Of a stretch of DNA of 64,000 nt, positions 54,901 to 64,000 are shown in pieces. Source of the DNA: Cycas panzhihuaensis (Eukaryota; Plantae; Cycadophyta); NCBI GenBank assembly GCA_023213395.1, contig CM041465.1, forward strand, positions 176,645,741 to 176,709,740, written 5' to 3'. Under the pieces are notes generated by a model. It had not been told where the DNA came from, did no database searches, and saw only the letters and a program-made list of their open reading frames with translations. Position numbers and translations under genes: made by a program. Within the stretch, counting starts at the first letter, position 1, and each line of letters begins with the position of its first letter.

Positions 54901-56129
54901 AATTATTGCTCTTGCAGCCAAATTTAGTTGGGAAATCTACCAAATGGATGTTAAGAGTGTTTTCTTGACTGGTGATCTCAAAGAAGAGATCTACATGTCA
55001 CAGCCACCTGGATTCATTGAAAATCCTAGTTTAGTCTGTAAACTTAAAAAATCTATTTGTGGTTTAAAATAAGCTCCTAGAGCTTGGTATAGCAACATCG
55101 ATGATTACTTAATCCACATTAGATACATTAGATGTATTAGTGATCTAAATCTTTATTTTAAACGTGAAGATGAAAATCTTACCATTCTAATTCTTTATGT
55201 TGATGATATTATTATCACTAAATCATCAACCCATAATATTAATTATCTCAAATCAACTTTAATGAACAAATTTGAAATGATAGCTTTAGGTCTGTTACAT
55301 TACTTTTTAGGTTTATAAGTTTATCAAAATCAATCAAATATAACACAATCCCAACCTAAGTATATTCTTTATTTAATTCAGTGGTTTAACATGGAAAATG
55401 CTAAACCTGTATCTAATCCTTTACAATCAGGAGTTAAACTGTCTACTGATTGTTCAACTCTGTTATATGATCTAACTCTCTGTAGATAACTCATTGGTAG
55501 TCTAATTTATCTTATACACACCCACCCCGACATTTCTTATGATGTTGCTTTATGCTCCAGATATATGCAATAACCACATGAATCTCACTAGAAAGTAGCT
55601 AAATGAATCTTACACTATCTAAAGAATACTGTGTTTCATGGTTTAACTTATAACTTTTGTAATAAACCATTAACATTAATTGGATATATATATTCAGATT
55701 GGATAGGTGATTTAAATGATCGCAAATCTACTTTCGGTTATGTATTTTTTATTGATTTCTCACATATTACTTGGTCAAGCAAAAAAATGTAGGCACTAGC
55801 GTTATCAATAACTAAAGCTGAATATCGAGCATTAGTCGAAGCTGATAAAGAAGCACTTTGGCTAAAATCACTACTAAATGAAATTGGTTTGACTCTAAAC
55901 TCTTCAATTAAAATTAAAGTTGATAATCAATGTGTAATTACTATTGCTACTAATCCTGTTTCTCATTCTAGTACTAAACATATTGAGCTACATCAACATT
56001 TTATTCATAATTTAGTTACTGATAATCTTGTTTGTTTATCCTATTATCCAACAGATTTATAGATTGCTGATATTCTTGTGAAGTCATTAAATGAACTAAA
56101 GTTTTTATATCTCAAAGATTTATTGTAGA
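51925..56129 (+). pseudogene. Copia E gag-pol remnant
   Basis: LTSSNYADWR (gag), a YAYCHKRGHTIDVC knuckle remnant, WILDSGTSHHMTG (protease), ORF 53489-53788 (integrase), ORF 54794-55072 (RT), LYVDDI, and RNase H. Scattered stops. Confidence 0.93.
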
Positions 56130-56212
56130 ATAAAGAAGTCTCCATCAAAGGGGGATCATCGTGATGAAGCTCTTCTTTTCTCTCCAGTACAAAAGTTTAC
56201 ATTAAAGGGGGA

Positions 56213-56641
56213 TGTTAGATTATATAATGTAAACTTATGTTTTAATGTTATTATTTAAGTCACATGTCTTAAAAATTATTTAAGTGATTATAAGGCTGTA
56301 AACTTATGTTAAAAGTTAATTGACTTGTGGATGGTCGTTGAAATGCGAAACTGCATTCTAATGAACCTCTGTCCTATTTATTAGGTTCCTAGATTCATGG
56401 AATAAGTTCCAGGAATCTAGGAGGTCTATCCATATGCCTGAAACCAGGCTATATTTTAGAGGTTGGTTATTATATTATTTTTTATTCATTTATTAATACA
56501 ACTTAGATTAGGAGGTGGTTTTTCTTCCCCAGAAGGGGTTTTCCACCTGTTAACCCTGTGTACATGTGCATTGTCATTTTTTCTATATTTTTCCTTTTAA
56601 ACCTGTGATTTAATGATTATGTACATGTGCCTATTCCATCA
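56213..56641 (+). repeat. 3' LTR of E
   Basis: Partner of 49015-49443. Confidence 0.97.
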
Positions 56642-58916
56642 TAGAAAAATATAAACTTAAAACTCAAACATAAAATAACAAGTGGATTATGCACATGGAT
56701 AATAGAAATAAGAAGAAAGTGACTAAATATGTGCCCTATTGCCCATTGATATAAGAGACGTAGCCAACATATACTACTTTCTAAATTTTACTACTTAGAG
56801 ACTTTGATACAATCATAGGCCTAGAATGGCCAACAAAACATAGGGAAAAGATAGATTATTATAACAAGTTAGTTAAATATCTAACTAATAGTGGAGAATC
56901 TACTCGCGTTTAAGGGAAGAAGCTTCTAGTCAATACCCAATTAATTACAGCCATATGAGTAAAATAATTCTTTAAAAAAGTTTGTCAGACCTATGTTATT
57001 CATGTCAATGAAGAAGGGACACTTGTAGAAACTCCTCAAACAAATAATATTGTCATATAAGAGTTTAAGTATGTATTTCTAGAAGAGCTACCAAGACTAC
57101 TATTCACAAGGGATGTAGATAATGCAATTAAACTTGTGATAGGAGCAAAAAAGATTTCCAAGATATGCTATCACTTGGCTATACTAGAGCTAGTTGAACT
57201 AGAAATGTAGATACAAGACTTATTTAATAGAGGTTATATTAGGTCTAGTGTTTTACCATAGGAATCTATAGTTTTATTCATATAAACGAAGGATGGAACC
57301 TTAAGGCTATACATGGACTATCAATAACTAAATAAGGCAATGGTCAAGAATAAATACCCCTTACTTAAAATCAAAGACTTGTTTGATTAACTAAAGGGAG
57401 ATAAACTATTTAAAAAGATAGATCTAAGATTGGGCTATTACCATATTTGAATCAAAGAAGAAGATGTCTATAAGGCTATATTCAAGATTAAGTATGGGTA
57501 TTATAACTTTTTGGTAATGCCATTTAGACTGACCAATGCACCTAGAATGTTCATGAGTTTAATGAACAATGTGTTCAAGAAATATTTGGATAAATTTATC
57601 ATTATGTTTATAGATTACATCTTTATCTATTCTAAATCTAAGAAAGAGCATGATGAACACCTAAGAATAGTTCTATAATTACTTAAAGGGCATAAATTAT
57701 ATACCAAGCTAAGCAAGTATGAATTTTATAAAGAGAAAGTATATTTTTTAGTACACGTCATCTTAGAAGTAGGAAGTATAGTGGATTCCCAAAAGTTAAA
57801 AGGCATTTTAGAATGGCCATCTCCTAAAAATATGCATGAAGTAAGGATCTTTATAGGTCTTATTAGCATTAAGATCTAATGTTATCTTTTATTATGTATA
57901 TTTAATTAAGTTTATTGCCTTATTACAAAAGTTCAATGATTTAGCCAACTGTCCAAATCAACGAATTTCTCTCCCATTTATTCCAAAATCTTTCACACAT
58001 TGATAGGCTAGAAGATTTGGGAGGTATCATTATGTTGGTACGTAGGTATAAGGTCATAATAGTTAAAGAGGGAGGATGAGATCCTTAACCTGTTAAAATA
58101 TAAGTCAGTATTGTTATTATAATATTATTATTATTTTTAAGGTGGTTTTTTATCCCCTAAAGGGGTTTTCCACCTACCAGATCTGGTGCACCTGCTTATG
58201 CTTCTGAATGATTCTTTTTATTTACATTGAATCCCTATGTGTACCCTATCTCCAATAGGTCTAGAAAGCTACTAAAGGAAATATATAAGAATTTTTCTAA
58301 AATTATAGCCCCAATTAACTATAAATAGATGAAGGGGACTAAATTTATATGGATAGACTTATCTGAGGAGTAGCTCTAGTTACTAAAATATTTACTCACC
58401 TTAGTTCTAATTCTCAATATACTTGATCTAAACTCAAATATTTTAGTCTACACAAATGCTAGTGTGGAAGGTTTGTTAGCAGTTCTAATATAAGATGGTA
58501 AAGTTGTCTACTACAAGTCTAGTAAATTAAAGTATTGTGAGAAGAACTACCCCATGTAAAATTTAGAGTTAGTAGTAATCATGCATGCACAAAAGGGATG
58601 GAGGCATTATTTTCCTAGAAAATATTTTGAAATTCATATAGACCACGAAAACCTTAAGCATATATTCACTTAGCCCTATCTCATTATGAGATAATATATA
58701 TGGATTGAGTACTTATGTGAATTCAACTTCTAGCCAAAATAAACCAATGGGAAGGAGGACAAAGTGGTAAATGCTTTGAGTTGATGATCATATATTGCAA
58801 TACTAAGTATGCATAACCCTAATTTGATTAACTCTATTTTGACATCATGTAAAAAGAAAAAAAAAATTATAAGTGAAAGAATCCTTACAAAGTTAGTAAG
58901 CTCAAGAGAATATGGA
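56642..58916 (+). pseudogene. D protease C-terminus, RT and RNase H remnant (split by a solo LTR)
   Basis: KNKYPLLKIKDLFD, IDLRLGYYHI, VMPFRLTNAP, YTNAS, LELVVIMHA..WRHYF and KVVNALS. Confidence 0.9.
57861..58257 (+). mobile_element. Solo LTR (397 bp), probably Copia, distantly related to the E LTR
   Basis: Exact TSD GGTCT (57856-57860, 58258-58262). Termini TATTAG...CAATA (decayed TG...CA). D's reading frame resumes across it. Shares the AGGTGG...CCACCT motif with the E LTR. Confidence 0.9.
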
Positions 58917-60680
58917 TGTCAAGCTCTTAAGGAAATGTCTCCTCAATTTAACTACTTTTGATACCCAATCTAAAGTGCCTTGCATTAAATTAGTCTATGT
59001 GATCAAAAGTCTAGTACCAATATAGTGTAGGATGCTTAAGTAGATAAAACCAATACCTAGGAATAATGAACCCCTATATACATAATCCTCCTTACATAGT
59101 CTCTAAGCTAACACTTCATTTTACCACTATAATCTACTAATAATAGAATAAATCAATGTTCTAATTATTTTGGACTTAACAATTAGACAAAGTCGACTAA
59201 ATCATGACATTCTAAGGGAAAGGGAAGAGAATAAGACTACTATCAATAAAAATAAAAGTCAATGGCAACATGAAAGATTTGTTGTGGTCATAGTTTTTTA
59301 GCCTTATGCAAATCCTCTTAGGAATACCAATACTTTTAGGTAGAAAAATATATGCATGGGTATAGTGCCAAACTTTTGTGTAGTCATGATGTTCTACTTC
59401 CTAAAAGCTTCTTACTAAAACCAACACATAGGAAAAAGATAATAGGAGGATAAGAAATAGAGATGTTAATGTTATGAAAGGTATATGAGTAGTCATAATT
59501 TACTAGTCACTCACAAAACTCATTATTAAATCAACATGTAAGAAAGCAGAAGGGGTAAGCATGTCCTTGATAACCTAAAATTAAGTGATACAATGTAATT
59601 GACATTACTAGTACACATTTATATAACACTTAATAATGGATCTCAAGGATATTATAAAATCAAAAAAATTAAAACTCTAGTATACAACTCATATGCAAGC
59701 TCATTTCTAATTAGTAAATAAAATGACTCACTCATGAATAAATCACTTAACCCTATCATAAAACACTTAAAGATAAAATAGATCATTTTATTAATTTCAA
59801 GAAATGAATTACATTATAATAATATGAAAGCTAATTTTTAGAAGTTTGATTACAAAGAAAATAATTGAGCACTAATTAGTATCTAATAATATCTTCCTAA
59901 TAGAAACTAGTAAGAGAAATATCACATGCCTCTAGTAGTTGAACATGTATATAAGAACATTTTATAGATTTCTAAGTATGCTAAGTATAAAGTCACTTTC
60001 ATAATTATATATAAATAAGAGAAAGAAAGAGAGGTGAAATCTATAAGAGAAAAAAGAAAAAATAAAGAGAATTTGCCCTAGAAACATCATGTTCATAAAT
60101 TAGAGATTATAATAATAAAAGGAAGATATTAAGCTCTTTATTACCATATTATATCTAAGGGGAGCCAAGAACAAAATTTTCTCTCCTAAATTTACCCCAA
60201 GTGGGCTAGAGGGAGAGAGAGAGAGAGAGAACAATTCCTTTTACTTGAGTCTTTTTATATTACTCCTTTTCACACATGAAGTTTTATTATCATTGGGCTC
60301 TCAACAATCTTATGTATCAAGGTATATATTATATCAATAAAATTTGTTGGCCATTACTCAAATTCTTCCCACCTTCCAAGCAAATAGGAACATCCGTGTT
60401 GATCCATAATTTATCAGAATATAGGCATTATGCTAGTTTTATTTCAACAGTGTATAATTGTCAATGTTGTCAAATTTATTTATTTTATCCATAAAGATGA
60501 TTAAAATGTTAGTTTGTAGTAAAATTGATGAAAATACATTCATTGATCTTTGTCACACCCCCTTTCTATCATGGCCAACCATTTTATTTATCTTTATTCC
60601 TTTCAAGATTTAAAATCTTAGGCCAAGTGTGGGTCCTAACCCTTAAGCTGCCACCAAGATCTAAAATATTCTTGCAACTA
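58917..60680 (-). mobile_element. LTR-like non-coding block J that cuts D
   Basis: D coding similarity stops abruptly at TGTCAAGCTC (reverse complement GAGCTTGACA, like an LTR end). No partner copy or TSD in the window. Confidence 0.45.
60208..60230. repeat. (GA)n microsatellite
   Basis: Read directly from the sequence. Confidence 0.9.
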
Positions 60681-60683
60681 GTT

Positions 60684-63600
60684 ATAGGAATCGAAACTAA
60701 AATTTAACATGCAAGTTCTTAAACTAGAGATAAAATAATAAAATGAAAAAAAAATCCAAGCATCACATGTACACCTGATATAACATGGTAAAACCCTAGC
60801 AGTGTGCTAGCGAAACATCCACACAGGAAAGGTATCGATCTTTATTGTCAAAGAATGGAGATAATATACATAGTCCTATAGCAAAGTGCTCACAATAACA
60901 ACAACCAGTCACCCAACTCCTCACAGTACATTGAACACTATTAAAATAATGAAAATTACCCTAAATCGGGCTACATAAGAGGGTCATCCAAGGCACAAAT
61001 CTCGATCATTGAATCTAGGGAATTTTGAGCGAACGACCCTGATTCTCTTTACAATTTAATATACTTTCCAATGCTAAATTTTTGGGTCAAGGGCTATCAC
61101 CCCCGAACCCCCTCTTTACAGGGATGTTCCACATCCCCCACACCCCCCTAGCCAAGGGGGGCTCCTGCCCCTCTTAGAACCCCTGAGGAAGGTTTGGAGG
61201 GGAAACTGCACTGCTAACATATCAAAATTTTAGCCTCCAACCATTGTTGTCACATATTACCTAACAATGTCCACCTTGAAAACAATTTACCTAGTACCTT
61301 TCATGGGCCCTTCATCACCTTTTCTACAAGCTAAGAGAAGTCAAACACCATTTGAACTTCTTTAATAATGCTAGTTTTGTGAACATATCAGCACAATTTC
61401 ATTTTGTGTTAACCTTTTCAAGTGCCACTCCACTTACTTCCACAACATGTCTAACAAAATGGTACTTAAGAGCAATATGTTTTGTCCTACTATGATAAGT
61501 TAGATTCTTGGCAAGGTAAATGGCACTTTGACTATCACAAAATACCTTTAACTTTTCCTGTTTCCTTCCAAGCTCATCTAATAGACCCTATAACTAGATT
61601 GCTTCTTTGCAAGCATGTGCTATAACAATATATTAAACTTCTGTAGTCGATAATGCAATTGTGCTCTATAGTTTTGACATCCAATTAAATGGACCATTTG
61701 TAAGAGTGAATACATAACCTGAAGTAGACCTTCTCTTATTTAAATCTCTTATAAAGTCTGAATCAACATATCCATAAACTTGATTACCTATACCTCCAAA
61801 GGCGATGTAATAGTCACTTGTGCCTCTTAAATATTGAAGCACCCATTTTACTACTACCCAATGTTCCTTTTCTAGATTTGCCATAAACCTACTAACTACA
61901 CCAACTACATGTGAAATGTTATATCTTGTACATACCATAGCATACATCAAACTTCCTAATGCACTTGTATAAGGCACACGATATATATAATCCTTTTCTT
62001 CTTCATTATTAGGACTCATACTCGAAGAAATCTTGAAATGGGAAGCTAATGGGATACTCACTAGTTTTACATTTGCCATACCAAACTCAGTTAGCACCTT
62101 CTCCATATATTTCTACTGTGATAAGCATAGCTTACCATTTTTCCTGTCTCTATGTATCTCCATACCTAAGATTATTTTTCAGCTCCTAGATCCTTCATAT
62201 CAAAAGTCCTAGCCAATTAAGCCTTTAACTTATTGATTTCTTTTGTGCTCTTACTTGTAACCAGCATGTCATCAGCATATAATACTAAGATAATAAATAA
62301 GCTATTATCCATGAATTTAAAGTAAACACAATGATCATACTCACTTCTTTTGAAATTTTGGCTCTCTATGAAGGCATCAAACTTCTTGTACCATTGCCTG
62401 GGTGATTTTTTCAAGTCATACAATGATTTCTTGAGCCTATAAACAAGTCTTTTTTTTCCATCCTATACAAACCCTTCTGGCTGATCCATATAGATCTCCT
62501 TATCTAAATCTCCATGTAGAAAAGTAGTTTTTACATTTAACTTCTCCAACTCCAAATCAAGAGAAGCTACTAATGCTAATAGCACTTGAATTGAAACAAG
62601 TTTGATAACTGGTGAAAAGATCTCATGAAATTTAATACCCACTTTCTGTGTAAAGCCTTTAGCCACTACTCTTACCCTATATTTGTCAACCTTTCTATTA
62701 ACATCTATTTTCATCTTAAAAACCCACTTGCAACCAATAGTCTTCCTGCCATGTGGAAGTTCTACCAAGTCCCATGAATTATTTTTCTTTAAAGCATCTA
62801 TCTCTTCCTATATAGCCCTCTTCTACTTCTCATTATGGATATCATCTACAACTTCTTGATAACAAGTAGGCTTACCATCATTAGAAACCAAAGCAATAGA
62901 AATAGAAGGGATGTACCTGTCAAGTGGATGACTAACTTGAGTAGATATTCTAACTGCTAGTAGAGGAGTGTCTATATACTCTTGTAAATATGTTGTAGAT
63001 TCATCTTCAGAAAGATCTTCTTGCTCTTCTAATTCCAAAGATGGCTGGGTTTCAAACTTGACCTATTGATGTTTAACTTTCTGCTCCTATTTCACTTCAA
63101 CTTCTACACTGTTTGATTTTAGAAGGGGAGATTCATCAAATACAACATCTCTGTTAATGGTGATTTTGTAGGCAGTAGGATGCCACAACTTGTATCCCTT
63201 TATACCATCTTTATCACCATAACCAACAAAGATACATCTCTTAGATTTTGGGTCTAACTTTTAACATTTACTTTATCAATCTAGGCATAAGCATAACAAC
63301 CAAAAACTTTCAAATTTCAATAGTCACATGGATGTCTAGTCCATACCTCTTTAAGAATCTTGCAATCTATTCCAAGTGATGGTGACCTGTTTACCAGATA
63401 ATAAGCTATTTGAATAGCTTCTACCCACAAACCCTGCTCCACTCTAGCATTACTTAGCATGCTTCTTGCTCTTTCCAAGAGTGTTCTATTTATGTGATCA
63501 ACAATGCCATTTTACTGCAGAGTATAGCTAGTGGTCTTGTTCCTTTCGATCCCAACTTCTCTGTAATAGTTCTCAAACTCTAAGGAGTTGAACTCATCTC

Positions 63601-64000
63601 CATTGTCAGTTCTTAAACATTTGATTGACTTATCAATGTTGTTCTCAACTAAAGCCTTGAACTACTTAAACACACTTAAAACTTCATATTTTCTTTTTAA
63701 AAAATAGACCCATACCTTTCTGGAGTAATCATCTATAAACATGACAAAGTGTAATGATCCTCCATAAGATATTATAGGGGCTAGCCCCCATACATCTGAA
63801 TGTATATAATCTAGAACACCTTTACTAGTGTGACTCCCTACTTTAAACTTGAGTCTATATTACTTTCTAAAAATACAATATTTGCATAAAGCCAAATCTG
63901 AAAGTTGTAAGTTAGGAAGTAACTTATGGTTTATCAACACCTTAAGTCCTCTCTTACTCATGTACCTAAGTCTCTGATGCCATAACTAAGCTGGATCTTT
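60684..64000 (-). mobile_element. Copia G (Tork/Tnt1-like): 3' LTR ~60684-61266 plus pol, cut by the window edge
   Basis: PPT-like CAAGGTGGACAT (61267-61278, minus strand) followed by TGTTAG. The left LTR boundary is approximate. Confidence 0.9.
61320..64000 (-). pseudogene. Copia G integrase-RT-RNase H remnant
   Basis: ORFs 62463-62768 (GCKWVFK), 62217-62423 (LYADDML) and 61666-62106 (GSLMYAMVCTR, DSDF..DLNKRRSTSGYVF). Confidence 0.93.

Larger units (their letters stand above)
49015..56641 (+). mobile_element. Full-length Copia E (7.6 kb), youngest datable element, inserted in the protease of D
   Basis: 429-bp LTRs at 49015-49443 and 56213-56641 (19 substitutions counted by eye, no indels). 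TSD TATAA/TAGAA. PBS TGGTATTAGAGC at 49444-49455, PPT AAAGGGGGA at 56204-56212. Confidence 0.97.
32120..58916 (+). mobile_element. Degenerate Tekay/Del-like Gypsy D, fragmented by C, E and a solo LTR and cut at block J
   Basis: Removing C rejoins ...GGGGCC-ATGAT-A-GT-TGGTATCAAAGC (LTR end plus iMet PBS at 47296-47307). Gag with a decayed zinc knuckle (~48740), protease ILIDLRSNHNF (48961), RT (57060-57860) and RNase H (58260-58800). The LTR start TGTAATG at 32120 is tentative. Confidence 0.82.

Noticed and set aside
60551-60565. New LTR start (TGTCACACCCC)
   Set aside because: No partner LTR, PPT or TSD supports it.

Overview
Eukaryotic, AT-rich, strongly CpG-depleted DNA made almost entirely of old, nested plant LTR retrotransposons. 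A large-genome seed plant such as a gymnosperm is my inference; the sequence does not prove it. I found no intact host gene, RNA gene or CRISPR array. From LTR pairs, PBS/PPT sites and target-site duplications (TSDs) I reconstruct these elements. Copia A (+, 1-~3460, cut by the window edge). Full-length Copia F (-, 3647-8549, TSD CATTT). Tat/Ogre-like Gypsy I (+, ~9085-~31970), split by the related full-length Gypsy H (+, 11074-28372, TSD GCTAA/GCTAG). Tekay-like Gypsy D (+, ~32120-58916), which hosts chromovirus C (-, 34607-47287, itself hosting Copia B at 39946-46529), the youngest datable element Copia E (+, 49015-56641, LTRs about 4.4% divergent) and a solo LTR (57861-58257, TSD GGTCT). 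D breaks off at an LTR-like block J (58917-~60680), which is followed by Copia G (-, ~60684-64000). All TE reading frames are broken, mostly by C>T/G>A changes. The most notable items are: (1) the 2.5-kb leader of Copia E, which carries an antisense, splice-site-bounded, stop-free 235-bp non-TE exon, a CpG-retaining telo-box region with tandem repeats, and an array of about 9 palindromic 18-mers; (2) a near-perfect 162-bp fold-back palindrome in a TA tract in H; (3) an antisense PMD-like ORF and a 93-bp dimeric tandem array in H; (4) insertion of C one base from the end of D's LTR. All alignments, counts and translations were done by eye.
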